Part shown: one piece after another, positions 26,011 to 35,553 of the stretch
How positions within the stretch are numbered: position 1 is the first letter of the stretch
Layout: every line of letters starts with the position of its first letter
Made by a program: the position numbers and the translations under genes
Assembly (NCBI GenBank): GCA_047971915.1
Contig: JBKEAD010000050.1
Location: forward strand, 1 to 48,240
DNA: 48,240 nucleotides
Origin: Chthoniobacterales bacterium
GTDB taxonomy: Bacteria; Verrucomicrobiota; Verrucomicrobiia; Chthoniobacterales; JBKEAD01
Direction: 5' to 3'
Notes under the pieces: model-generated
What the model was told of the DNA's origin: nothing
Seen by the model: only the letters and a program-made list of their open reading frames with translations
Database searches by the model: none

Positions 26011-27012
26011 TTATAAAAGCTTATCGAAACGGGCAGCAGTGTTGGCATAGAAGGGGTAGCTTTCCGGTGGGGCGTCTTTGGGGCGGTAGCGCCAGTGTTT
26101 GTAAGACCAGAGCCAGAGTGCGGGGTTTTCGCGGACGTAGTTTTCGAGCACATCCCAGCATTGTTGGGTGAGTTCTTGCTGGGATTTTTCGGGGGGGCAG
26201 TGGATGCCGGGGTAGATTTTGAAATCGTAACCACCGTCGGGGCGGGGTGTGGCGGCGGAGGGGAGGAGGACGGCACCGGTTTTTTGTGCCATTGCGACGT
26301 GGATGGGGGTGACACACATTTTCATTCCAAAGGCTTCGATCACGACTCCGCCTTCGCGGGGGTCGATATTTAGGTCGTTGAGCATGTAAAAGGAGCCGCC
26401 GCTGCGGAGCCAGCGGAGCATTCGGAGGACGGCGCGTTCTTGAGGTATAATCTCGTGTCCACTGGAGGCGCGGAGTTTATCAAAAATAGGACCGAGGCGG
26501 GGGTTGCGGAGTTTTTGGGTAAGAACGAGACCAGGGCGTGCGGGAAAGTCTTTGGAGAGGGTGCTGGAGAGGGAGAGCCACTCGAAGCTGGCGGCGTGCA
26601 TACAGAAAAAGACGACGGGCGTGCCGGGATTTTCTTTGGTGCCGGCGGCGGGGATGTTTTCGGTGCCGATGTAGCGGATGTGTTTTTCGACGATGCTTTT
26701 GGTGAGGCGTGGTGCCCAGAGGAGTTCGAGCATCGTGCGGGCAAAGGTTTTGTAGGAGGCACGGGAGGTGTGTTTTAGTTCAGCGTCATTAAAACGTCCG
26801 GGGAAGGCGCAGCGGAGGTTGTCTATGGCGACGCGGCGGCCTCGTGTGTCGAGAAACCAGACGAGGGAGCCGAGAAAATTTGCCAGAGGGCGGAGTGCGG
26901 AATAGGACAGCAAGCCGACAATCCAAACCCCTAATTTTAGGCCGGCGTATTCGATGAAATAGCGGGCGCGTTTGAGGGGTGAGAGGGTTGTTTTTTCCGA
27001 CTTTGCGCTCAT
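26011..27012 (-). CDS. lipid A lauroyl/myristoyl acyltransferase (LpxL/HtrB family)
   Basis: RRVAIDNLRCAFP, HAASFEW, MLNDLN and YVRENPALWLWSYKHWR. The true start MSAKSEK overlaps the metG stop (ATGA). Confidence 0.85.
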   Translation of the reverse strand: MSAKSEKTTLSPLKRARYFIEYAGLKLGVWIVGLLSYSALRPLANFLGSLVWFLDTRGRRVAIDNLRCAFPGRFNDAELKHTSRASYKTFARTMLELLWAPRLTKSIVEKHIRYIGTENIPAAGTKENPGTPVVFFCMHAASFEWLSLSSTLSKDFPARPGLVLTQKLRNPRLGPIFDKLRASSGHEIIPQERAVLRMLRWLRSGGSFYMLNDLNIDPREGGVVIEAFGMKMCVTPIHVAMAQKTGAVLLPSAATPRPDGGYDFKIYPGIHCPPEKSQQELTQQCWDVLENYVRENPALWLWSYKHWRYRPKDAPPESYPFYANTAARFDKLL

Positions 27013-28574
27013 GCGGGGGTGTCGATGCGAGGAAATACGGGAGTTGGTGGCTGGACTTGGTGTGGAGAGGCGAAGAGCTTTTCGGGCGATACGGCGAGGA
27101 CGGCCTGGCTTTCGAACTGGAGTTGGTCGAGAGCGGATTTTGCTTCGTCGGGGAGGATGGGCGCGAGGCAAGCCGCGGTGGTGGCGGCGGCGGTGGCCAT
27201 AGCGGTGAGGGTTTCGTCGAGGAGGGCGGCTTGGGTTTCGTCTTTGGCGATTTTCCAAGGAGCCATTTGCTCGGCGTAGGTATTGGCGTCGGTGACGAGG
27301 CGGGTGAGTGCTTCGAGTGCGGAGTGCACTTGGTAGGCATTCATTTGCTCGTGGTAGTTTTTTAAAGTTTCGGAACAGGCGGCGAGGAGTTCTTTGGTTT
27401 TTGGTGAAACAGGGGAGGGTGCTATCGGCTGGAGGAGGCTGGCGCGGTAGCGCTTTGCCATGTTGAGCGTGCGATTTAGCAGGTTGCCAAAGCCGTTTGC
27501 GAGTTCGGTATTGTAAATGCTGATGAGGCGTTCTTCGTTGAAGTCGGAGTCTTGTCCGGTAGCGATGTCGCGCACGAGGTAATAGCGGACGGCAGCGGTG
27601 CCGTATTTTTCGACAAGAGCTTTGGGGTCGATGACGTTGCCCGCGCTTTTGCTGACTTTCGCGCCACGGAGAGTCCACCAGCCGTGGACGAGGAGCGAGG
27701 GCATTTCTGCGTCTGAAAATCCCATTGCGTGGAGCATGCAGGGCCAATAGACGCCATGTGCGGGGACGAGGATGTCTTTGCCGATGATGTGCAGGGCGGT
27801 GGGCCAGCGTTTCTGGAAACTTTCGCGTTCAGAGTTTTCGTCGGAAAGGTAGCCGGCAAAGCTGAGGTAGTTTATGAGGGCGTCGAACCAGACGTAGGTG
27901 ACGAAGTCTTTGTCGAAGGGGAGTTCGATTCCCCATTCAAGACGGGTTTTAGGGCGGGAGATGCAGAGGTCGCCGTCGCCTTTGGAGACAGCATTTGCCA
28001 GCTCGGCTTGGCGGAAAGCGGGGGAGACGAAGCCTTTGTGATTTTTTACAAAATCGCTGAGCCAGTCGCGGCATTCAGAAAGTTTGAAATACCAGTTTTC
28101 TTCTTCTAAAAAAACGACCTCTCCCCATTCGGGGCCGAATTCACCGGCTTCGTTGCGCTCTTTGTCGGTAAGGAATTGCTCTTGCCGGACGCTGTAAAAT
28201 CCAGAGTGCTGGGCTTTGTAGATGGCTTCGGCTTCATAAAGCGTATCAAGAATTTTTTGGACGATCTGTCTATGTTTTGGATTACTCGTGGCAGCCCATT
28301 CGTCGTAGGAGATGCCGAGGAGTTTCCAGAGATCGGTGAAGGTCTTGGTGACGCGATCGGCAAATTCCTGTGGTTTTAAATTTTCGCGCTCGGCGGCTTG
28401 CTGGACTTTTTGCCCGTGCTGATCGACGCCTGTGAGGAAAAAAACTTCGCAGCCGGATTGCCGTTTGTAGCGAGCTAGGACGTCGGCCAGAGTTTTTTCG
28501 TAGGCGTGGCCGATGTGTGGGGCTGCATTTGTGTAGTCGATTGCGGTGGTGATGAAAAAAGTCTCGGGTGCCAT
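27009..28574 (-). CDS. metG: methionine--tRNA ligase (short form)
   Basis: FFITTAIDY, HIGH, YVWFDALINY, IGKDIL and KVSKS. Confidence 0.95.
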   Translation of the reverse strand: MAPETFFITTAIDYTNAAPHIGHAYEKTLADVLARYKRQSGCEVFFLTGVDQHGQKVQQAAERENLKPQEFADRVTKTFTDLWKLLGISYDEWAATSNPKHRQIVQKILDTLYEAEAIYKAQHSGFYSVRQEQFLTDKERNEAGEFGPEWGEVVFLEEENWYFKLSECRDWLSDFVKNHKGFVSPAFRQAELANAVSKGDGDLCISRPKTRLEWGIELPFDKDFVTYVWFDALINYLSFAGYLSDENSERESFQKRWPTALHIIGKDILVPAHGVYWPCMLHAMGFSDAEMPSLLVHGWWTLRGAKVSKSAGNVIDPKALVEKYGTAAVRYYLVRDIATGQDSDFNEERLISIYNTELANGFGNLLNRTLNMAKRYRASLLQPIAPSPVSPKTKELLAACSETLKNYHEQMNAYQVHSALEALTRLVTDANTYAEQMAPWKIAKDETQAALLDETLTAMATAAATTAACLAPILPDEAKSALDQLQFESQAVLAVSPEKLFASPHQVQPPTPVFPRIDTPA

Positions 28575-28602
28575 TGCGGTGAAAAATTATTTTTTAAAAA
28601 TA

Positions 28603-29031
28603 TCAGGCTGGTGTGTTTTTGGAGTTTTTCTTTTTGAGTTGTTCGGTCCAGGAGATGACGCGGGCTTTCGCACCGGCGGCTTCGGCGGCTTCGATCTGCT
28701 TGTCACGGACGTAAAAGAGCGAGAGGCTGCTCCATGCGAGTTGATCGTCGGGGCGGAGTTCGGTGGCTCGCAGACCGGCTTCGATGGCTTCTTTGTAGCG
28801 GCCTGTTTTCATATAGGCCATGCCGAGCGCGTGCCATGAATCGAAATGCTCGGGAGCTAATTCCGTGCAGCGTTTAAATTTCGTGATTGCGTCGTCGAGT
28901 TCGCCGATTGCCACATCTCCGCTGGCGTCGCTCATGAGATTATCCAACTCAAGAGCGAGCTTTTCATCGGGGCGTGATTCGCTTTCCAGCATACGGTTGT
29001 TTAGGGCATCGCTTTGTTGGGACTGTTTCAT
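28603..29031 (-). CDS. tetratricopeptide repeat protein
   Basis: TPR pattern AITKFKRCTELAPEHFDSWHALGMAYMKTGRYKEAIEA...ELRPDD. Confidence 0.8.
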   Translation of the reverse strand: MKQSQQSDALNNRMLESESRPDEKLALELDNLMSDASGDVAIGELDDAITKFKRCTELAPEHFDSWHALGMAYMKTGRYKEAIEAGLRATELRPDDQLAWSSLSLFYVRDKQIEAAEAAGAKARVISWTEQLKKKNSKNTPA

Positions 29032-29222
29032 TCGTCAATCTCAAGCAAAATATCGTCCAAAGATTTTGTTGGTTTAGATGCGGTAGAGTTGCGCTCGTCT
29101 CGAATAATTCGGATGTCATCCAAGTCTTCAAGAGCCTCTTGAATTTGCAAAAACTCTTCGTAAGGAAGAATAACAAATTCTTTTTTACCTTCTTTTTCTA
29201 TGACTTGTGGATGGATGCTCAT
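29028..29222 (-). CDS. type II antitoxin (Phd/YefM-like)
   Basis: 64 aa, acidic, with KEFVILPYEEF...LEDLDD. Immediately downstream of the relE-type gene. Confidence 0.75.
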   Translation of the reverse strand: MSIHPQVIEKEGKKEFVILPYEEFLQIQEALEDLDDIRIIRDERNSTASKPTKSLDDILLEIDE

Positions 29223-29224
29223 GG

Positions 29225-29473
29225 TTATCTATAGGCTTCTCTTCTATGTAGAATGCGATACACTATTATTTCGTCTTGCACGACCTCAAAAAGTGCTCGT
29301 CAATCTCCTTCTCTCATTCTGTATTCTGGTTGATGGTTTGTGAGACGTTTGACGTCGCCGCTAAGATCGTTTTCAAGTAGTCGCAAACGATCTACGACTC
29401 GCCTGCGATTCTGTGGGTTCAACGTCTTGAGATCTTTCTCAGCTTTTGGTTTGAGGGAAACACGATACTTCAC
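29225..29473 (-). pseudogene. RelE/ParE-family toxin with an internal TGA (not in ORF track)
   Basis: GTG start: MKYRVSLKPKAEKDLKTLNPQNRRRVVDRLRLLENDLSGDVKRLTNHQPEYRMREGD*RALFEVVQDEIIVYRILHRREAYR. TGA 29300-29302 sits where GD(W/Y)R is expected. Confidence 0.85.
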
Positions 29474-29515
29474 GAGGAATCATTTTTCTGCCGCCCATAA
29501 TTTTTTTTTAAAAAA

Positions 29516-31003
29516 TCAGGATGGGTTGCCGATTAGCTTTACGTCGGCTTTTTCGCGGGCGTTTTGGAGCCACTCGGTGAAAAGTAGTCCTTCGCGATTT
29601 TCTTGGAGGGAGGTTTTTACCTCTGCTTTCTTTTCATTTAAAAAAGTGGGATCCAGATCGAATAGTTTATCTACGTGGACGACAAAAACTCCCCACGGAG
29701 CGCGTTCGAGGCGGGAGGTTTCGCCTTCGTTTAGGATCATTGCGGCCTGTGCATAGACGATGTTGTCATCGAGCGTCGTTGCGGAAGTTGGTTCGTATTC
29801 GGATACTGTTGTTACTTCCCAGCCGGCGGCCTTAGCGGCTGCGCTGAAGTTTTCGTTTGCTTTTAATTTTTCTCTTAATTCTCCATCGGCTTTTAATGCC
29901 AGCGCAGTGAATGCCTCCGATTTTGCTTGGGCTTCGAGAGTCGTTACGATTTGCGGTTGGGCTTCTTCGAGCGTCAAGTCGCGGGGTTCTTTGATGCCTG
30001 CGAGTTGTAAAACATAAAATTTTGAACCCTCTTGTCGAATGGGTCCGATGGCACCGATCTCGTTAAGGACAAAAGCAGTCCCTGCAATTTGTGTCGGCAA
30101 ATCGGACGCGCCTCCTGCCGAGAAGTATTCTGTTGTCCAGACTTTTGCGTGCGCTTTTTCAGCTACGGCAGAAAAGTCTTCGTTACTTTTTGTCTCTACG
30201 CTGTCTGAAAATGTAGAAACGCGGTTAGCGAGTTGCTGCATCGCGTCCATCAGAGCCTTTCCTTCCAGTTTGCTGTCGGTATCTGAAAGTGCAAATTCGG
30301 CCACGGTTACCGAACGCTGTTCCGGCGCGATCAATTCTGCTTTGTGTTCTTCGTAGAATGTTTTGATTTGCTCTTCCGAAGGTGCGGCGGGAGCCTCTTT
30401 TAAAGAAGCTATAGGCAAGCGTGCTACGGTTAAGGATATTTTCTGAGCACCACGGAAGGCAGCTTTTACATCGGCATCATTTACCTTGGCGGGGGAGACT
30501 ACCAATTCACGCACCTTCATTAGTTTCAGATAATCCCTCACCATATTTTGCAAATGTAGCTCGGTGAGACCTTGCGGAGCAAAAGCAGTCTGTAGGAGTT
30601 GGTTGTATTTATTGCTGTCAAAGCCATTTGGCCCCTGCAAGGCGGGGAGTCCACGGATCGCATCTGCGATTTGTTTGTCAGTAGGTTCTATCCAAAGACG
30701 CTCGGCCTCGTGACGAAGAATATTTAGGTTGAGAACAAAATCCGTCATTGCGGCTTCTTCGCTCTGAGCGGTCCGTGTTAGCTCCGCGACGAGTGGCGTC
30801 ATGCCTAGGCCGAGAGCGAGGCGGTATGTTTTTAATTCCCTATCGACATCGGATCGGAAGAGGGTGCGGCCATACATTTTGGCAACCTCATTGGTTCCTC
30901 CTTCGGTCGGGCGTGTCGTGTAAAACCAGCCGAAAGCGATGATGGTAATGAAAGCGACTACGAGCAAAAGCCAGCGCTGATTTTTTCGAATGATGGTGAT
31001 CAT
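29516..31003 (-). CDS. SurA-N/PpiD-like periplasmic chaperone
   Basis: N-terminal TM anchor, EAERLWIEPTDKQI...FDSNKY, FYEEHK...PEQRSV and EWLQNAREKADV. Confidence 0.78.
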   Translation of the reverse strand: MITIIRKNQRWLLLVVAFITIIAFGWFYTTRPTEGGTNEVAKMYGRTLFRSDVDRELKTYRLALGLGMTPLVAELTRTAQSEEAAMTDFVLNLNILRHEAERLWIEPTDKQIADAIRGLPALQGPNGFDSNKYNQLLQTAFAPQGLTELHLQNMVRDYLKLMKVRELVVSPAKVNDADVKAAFRGAQKISLTVARLPIASLKEAPAAPSEEQIKTFYEEHKAELIAPEQRSVTVAEFALSDTDSKLEGKALMDAMQQLANRVSTFSDSVETKSNEDFSAVAEKAHAKVWTTEYFSAGGASDLPTQIAGTAFVLNEIGAIGPIRQEGSKFYVLQLAGIKEPRDLTLEEAQPQIVTTLEAQAKSEAFTALALKADGELREKLKANENFSAAAKAAGWEVTTVSEYEPTSATTLDDNIVYAQAAMILNEGETSRLERAPWGVFVVHVDKLFDLDPTFLNEKKAEVKTSLQENREGLLFTEWLQNAREKADVKLIGNPS

Positions 31004-31106
31004 GCTACAAAGTATTGTTGATTTGATTAAAGTTTCTGATTAGTCAATGGTGTCAACGAAAGCAAGACCTCCAATAAAATCCCTCTCAATGACAAGCCCT
31101 ATACCA

Positions 31107-31859
31107 ATGAAAAAAATCATCCTGACAACAATAATCTCATGCACGAGCACAGTCTTTACCCTCTCGACCTGTCTTGCTCAGGACGTGGTTGTTTTAAATA
31201 ACGGCACTCCGCGCAGTGGAGAAATTATCGGTTTTGGCGATGGCAAAGTCCGCCTGCAAATCGGACAAGGTGGGCAAAAAGCAACTACATCTATCGCAAT
31301 GGATCAGGTGAAATCTATTACCAAATCCGCGCCAGCCAGTTTTGAAAAAGCACTCGAAGCATGGAAAAAAAATGATGCGAAAACAACCATTGCCGATCTC
31401 ACGCCACTTTTTGAAAAATTCAACGGCCTACCCACAACGTGGGCTGAGCGTATCGGACCACTCCTTGCCGATGCAAATATCGAAGTTGGAAATACAGACG
31501 CTGCCGCCGCGGCGCTCCAAAAATTTGAAGCAGCTTATCCAGATGCCAGCAACGTCAGCAACCTCACCAAAGCAAAAATTGCTGTTTCCAAAAAAGACTA
31601 CGGAGCTGCAAAGACTCTCCTAGCTCCGATTGTTGCGCAGGGATCCGAGACAAAGCTCGCCGACACGGCGCAAAGTATCGCTTTTGGCCAAGCCTTTTAT
31701 CTCATGGCGCAAATCCGCGAACAAGAAGGAGCCTACCCCGAAGCCGTGCAAGATTACTTGAGAACGGCTACGATTTTCTTTGCCGATCCGGCCACCACCG
31801 ATAAAGCACGCGCACGAGCAGACGAACTTATTGCTGAGAAAAATGTTGTCGTGCCTTGA
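31107..31859 (+). CDS. secreted TPR-like protein upstream of exbB
   Basis: Signal peptide, DVVVLNNG...GEIIG N-domain and helical repeats (QAFYLMAQIRE...AVQDYLRT). ATG 31107 preferred. Confidence 0.7.
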   Translation: MKKIILTTIISCTSTVFTLSTCLAQDVVVLNNGTPRSGEIIGFGDGKVRLQIGQGGQKATTSIAMDQVKSITKSAPASFEKALEAWKKNDAKTTIADLTPLFEKFNGLPTTWAERIGPLLADANIEVGNTDAAAAALQKFEAAYPDASNVSNLTKAKIAVSKKDYGAAKTLLAPIVAQGSETKLADTAQSIAFGQAFYLMAQIREQEGAYPEAVQDYLRTATIFFADPATTDKARARADELIAEKNVVVP

Positions 31860-31903
31860 AACCTTTCTTTGAATTTGCATACTAATTTAATTATTACACC
31901 TCT

Positions 31904-32824
31904 ATGAGCATACTTCGTCCGTTCCACCGTCAATTCTCCCTCACTGCCACTTCACTCGCGCTTCTCGCAGCAGCACCTCATGCACTTGCCGCAGAAGCAG
32001 CAGACGGAGCACCTGAGCAAATGAGCATTATCCAAACCATCCTCCACGGTGGCCCACTCATTATTTTCATCTGGATATGTATTCTCGCGACATCCATCAC
32101 GATGCTCACCTTTATCATCCAGCTCTTCCTCACGCTCCGCAAAGAAGTTCTGACACCGAGCGCACTCGTCGAATCCCTGCGCACCTCCATCTCCGCGGGC
32201 AACTACCAAGAAGCATGGGAAATTTGTAAGGCAAATAAAAAAGCTTACCTTGCCAACGTATTGGCAGGCGGACTCGAGCGTCTAGGCCGCGGCAAAGATG
32301 CTACCGAAGTCACCCTCATCGAGCACGGCCTACGTGAAGCTCAGATTCTAAAGACAAAAAACAGTTACCTATCGGTTATCGGAGTCATCGCACCCATGAT
32401 CGGGCTGCTCGGAACGGTTATCGGAATGATGGGAGCTTTCGCGGTTTTGGGCTCTTCCGGTGTATCTGACCCCCGAAGCTTGGCTCTTCGAATTGGTGAG
32501 GTTCTCATGGCGACGGCTAGTGGTCTATTTATCGCTATTCCGGCTTTCATTTTCTACTATTACTTTAGAAACCGCACCTCCATTGTTATCGTCGATGCCG
32601 ATGATACGATGAATCGCCTCATCGAAGACGTTCCCTTCGCCGAACTTTCCGGCATCCATATTGGAGATAATTTTGAAGCCGGAGCCGGAGCACCGGCCGA
32701 AGGTGCCGCGCAGTCTCGCAAAGTCTCCCGCGCCCTCACCACGAATTGCCCAATTTGTAACGGAGCCATCCAACCCGGCGAGAACCCCTGCCCACATTGT
32801 GGAGCAACTCTCGATTGGAACTGA
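31904..32824 (+). CDS. MotA/TolQ/ExbB proton-channel protein with C-terminal zinc ribbon
   Basis: LSVIGVIAPMIGLLGTVIGM, IGEVLMATASGLFIAIPA, and tail CPICNG...CPHCG. Confidence 0.9.
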   Translation: MSILRPFHRQFSLTATSLALLAAAPHALAAEAADGAPEQMSIIQTILHGGPLIIFIWICILATSITMLTFIIQLFLTLRKEVLTPSALVESLRTSISAGNYQEAWEICKANKKAYLANVLAGGLERLGRGKDATEVTLIEHGLREAQILKTKNSYLSVIGVIAPMIGLLGTVIGMMGAFAVLGSSGVSDPRSLALRIGEVLMATASGLFIAIPAFIFYYYFRNRTSIVIVDADDTMNRLIEDVPFAELSGIHIGDNFEAGAGAPAEGAAQSRKVSRALTTNCPICNGAIQPGENPCPHCGATLDWN

Positions 32825-32841
32825 TCCCGATCTAAAAAAAT

Positions 32842-33309
32842 ATGTCAGCAGTCTCACAAGCCCACGGCAAACGTAAAAGGCGCCAACCCGAAGCCGAAGC
32901 CGACCCGGAATTTCAGATCGCGCCGATGATCGATATTCTGCTTGTTTTGCTCGTTTTTTTTATGTCCATCAGCTCCACCGAGGTGCTGCAATCCAATCGA
33001 GACATTAAGCTCCCCGTTGCCAAAGAAGCGCAAGATGCGAAAAAAAATCCGGGCCAAGTCATTGTCAACATTCTTTATAATGAGATGAACGATGCAACCA
33101 TCATCGAAGTAAATGACGTCGATGTTGATGCAAACGGCCTTATTCCGATGCTTCAAAAACACGTTGCCACAAACCCTCTTGTCCGCGTCCTCATTCGTGC
33201 CGACCGGGCCGTGCGCTACGATCATCTTCGCAGTGTCCTGCAATCCGTCGGCAATGCCGGCGTCAGTAATGTGACCTTCTCGGTTGTCGATAAAGAAGAA
33301 GGCACCTAA
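32842..33309 (+). CDS. ExbD/TolR family protein
   Basis: IAPMIDILLVLLVFFM and VLIRADR. Confidence 0.9.
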   Translation: MSAVSQAHGKRKRRQPEAEADPEFQIAPMIDILLVLLVFFMSISSTEVLQSNRDIKLPVAKEAQDAKKNPGQVIVNILYNEMNDATIIEVNDVDVDANGLIPMLQKHVATNPLVRVLIRADRAVRYDHLRSVLQSVGNAGVSNVTFSVVDKEEGT

Positions 33310-33360
33310 ACTTTCCCAAAAAACAAAATTCAACCCAAAACAAAATAGGAGTAACATACA

Positions 33361-33783
33361 ATGGCAGGCGGAGGCGTATCAGAAGACGGAGATGTAGGAT
33401 TTCAAATCGCACCTATGGTCGATGTGGTGTTTGTGTTGCTGCTCTTTTTTATGGCATCAGCCGGATCGCAGATCATCGAGAAAGAACTAAATATCAACCT
33501 CCCCAGCGGACGTTCCGGCCCATCTATGGGCGAAGCACCCCCTCCACCGGTCATTATTTCAATCATGGCGGACGGCACGGTCCTTATGAATGACCGCCCC
33601 TTCGATTCTCCTGGCAGCAAAGAACTGCCCGAGCTAAGAGCGTGGCTTATCGACAACATCGACCGCTTTGGAGACAAAATCCCCGTCATCATCAAGCCCG
33701 AAGACACCGCCGTCCACGGGCGCATTATCGACGTCCTAAACGCTGCCTCTGCTGCCCGCGTCAAAAACTTGACCTTCGGATAA
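33361..33783 (+). CDS. ExbD/TolR family protein (second paralogue)
   Basis: IAPMVDVVFVLLLFFM and PVIIKPE...IIDVLNA. Confidence 0.9.
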   Translation: MAGGGVSEDGDVGFQIAPMVDVVFVLLLFFMASAGSQIIEKELNINLPSGRSGPSMGEAPPPPVIISIMADGTVLMNDRPFDSPGSKELPELRAWLIDNIDRFGDKIPVIIKPEDTAVHGRIIDVLNAASAARVKNLTFG

Positions 33784-33819
33784 ATCTAGTCCAAGTTCGC
33801 TGCGGATTTGATTTAAATC

Positions 33820-35418
33820 ATGAAAAGTTTTTTAATTTCTTTTTTCGCAATTGTTGCGCTAACACTATCGGCACGAGCTTCGATGGATTTGACATTTGAT
33901 CTGAGCGAATTTTTGGTCTCCGGCCAACCGCTCACCGCAAACGACCTCTATATAACTTTTGCGGGTGCCACATCCGACATGGTTTACAATGAAGGCGGTC
34001 CCGGCGAAGAAAGCATCGACTTCAGTGGTAGTCAAATAAACTATGGTGGCACAAACTACACGACCTCCAAGTCCTACTCCATAGCCGACATCAATGCCAA
34101 CGGATTAAAAATAAACTCTGCAACATCTATCCTCGCCTATATTTCTTATGGCAGTAAAACGGGATTTGAGCAGCTCAGTAGCGGCAATCCTGCTTTTCTC
34201 GATCCCAGCCTCACGCGTTTTTCCCAGTTTGAGTTTAGCTACTCTGCGGGTGGCACAGGCGGCGGAATCGATATGACAAATATTTCTCAATACGGCGGTT
34301 CTTTGCGTGTCGAGACCCTAGATGCCGGCAATACCGTGCAATCCTTTATTTCAAATGGCAACAACCTGAGCACCGGCGAAATGTTCCAACGTCTCGCGAT
34401 TGCATCCGGTTTTGCAAGCAACGCTGTTTACACTCAAGGCGGTAAATACTCGCGCATTATCGGAAGTAACGTGCTTGCGACAAATAATCCCTATCACCGT
34501 TTTAACCAATACATTCAATCTCTCGGCACAGGCAGCCCGGTACTTCCTAACCAAATTTATAATTTAAAACCCGGTGCTGCACCCGGCGGAGCTGGCTCTA
34601 TCGGCATCACCTCCGTTGCTTCGCCCGGCTCAGGCAAAGGAGTTGTTGGCAACTCCACTTACAACATTAACTACAGCTATAGCGCAAATATTACGCAAGT
34701 TTTAGCACCCGGCGACAACCCCGAATTTCCAGATGGGACTTACCAAATCGAGCTTACCGGAATCGTTTCTGCCATCCCTGCCGCCGGAGGTGCCACGATC
34801 GAATACACCGGGCAAACCATCACGATCCAAGCCGATTCTCCGAGTCAAGACTACATGACAAATTTTATCTATCTCCAATCCATCGCCAGCGGAGTAAATA
34901 TGGCGGGTTGGGCCGATCTTATTGCTGACTTTGGCGCAGCAAACGTGCAGGCCGCGATTCAGGAAAAAATCGCGGGTGATTTTGCCCAAGCTATAGCAGC
35001 AGGTTTCGCAGGCAGTGCGACGATGGTGGACAAAGGCGGCTCGTCTGTTGCTCTCGGCAGCCTCACTACAGCAGAGTGGTTCGATCTCTACAACCAATAC
35101 GCCTACAGCATCGCCCAGCCGATAAACGAAGAATACTACAACCCCTTCGCCAACGAAATCTACTTAAATTCGCCGGGCTACAACACACAAACCACCGGAA
35201 TCGGAGATGGAAATTTTGATTACGGTTCCGTTTACGGCACCCCCTACGACGACCGGTTCTCACTAAATCTCATCACTCCAAACACAGATACAACGGCACT
35301 AAACGTCGTTCTCCTCCCCGACGGCAACCTCCGCTTTCCCGGTATTCCTGAGCCTACTTCCCTCATCCTCCTGCTTGGAGCCGGGGTCGTTTTTCTCACA
35401 AAATGCAAGTCTGCCTAA
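33820..35418 (+). CDS. secreted PEP-CTERM protein with possible GH64/thaumatin-like fold
   Basis: Signal peptide and C-terminal IPEPTSLILLLGAGVVFLTKCKSA. Internal FSQFEFSY...DMTNISQYG and YNPFANEIY...YGTPYDDRF. Confidence 0.75.
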   Translation: MKSFLISFFAIVALTLSARASMDLTFDLSEFLVSGQPLTANDLYITFAGATSDMVYNEGGPGEESIDFSGSQINYGGTNYTTSKSYSIADINANGLKINSATSILAYISYGSKTGFEQLSSGNPAFLDPSLTRFSQFEFSYSAGGTGGGIDMTNISQYGGSLRVETLDAGNTVQSFISNGNNLSTGEMFQRLAIASGFASNAVYTQGGKYSRIIGSNVLATNNPYHRFNQYIQSLGTGSPVLPNQIYNLKPGAAPGGAGSIGITSVASPGSGKGVVGNSTYNINYSYSANITQVLAPGDNPEFPDGTYQIELTGIVSAIPAAGGATIEYTGQTITIQADSPSQDYMTNFIYLQSIASGVNMAGWADLIADFGAANVQAAIQEKIAGDFAQAIAAGFAGSATMVDKGGSSVALGSLTTAEWFDLYNQYAYSIAQPINEEYYNPFANEIYLNSPGYNTQTTGIGDGNFDYGSVYGTPYDDRFSLNLITPNTDTTALNVVLLPDGNLRFPGIPEPTSLILLLGAGVVFLTKCKSA

Positions 35419-35553
35419 CAAGGCGAGTGTCGTTTTTTGAAATTTTTTTTGAAATTTTCTTGCTAGAATTCGTGCGATGTGATTTTTTCTCCAACTCGCT
35501 TTGCGTCAAAAGAGAAAGATGCTGAGGCGTAGAGTCACCTTTTTATTACGTTC

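Noticed and set aside
27013-27747. 578-aa ORF 26011..27747 suggesting a long N-terminal extension on the acyltransferase
   Set aside because: The extension is an Arg/Pro-rich off-frame shadow of metG. The real start is the ATG at 27012, overlapping the metG stop.
29300-29302. TGA in relE as Trp recoding or selenocysteine
   Set aside because: TGA is a normal stop for rplK, rpoC and metG, Trp is encoded by TGG throughout, and no SECIS was seen. It is a simple nonsense mutation.
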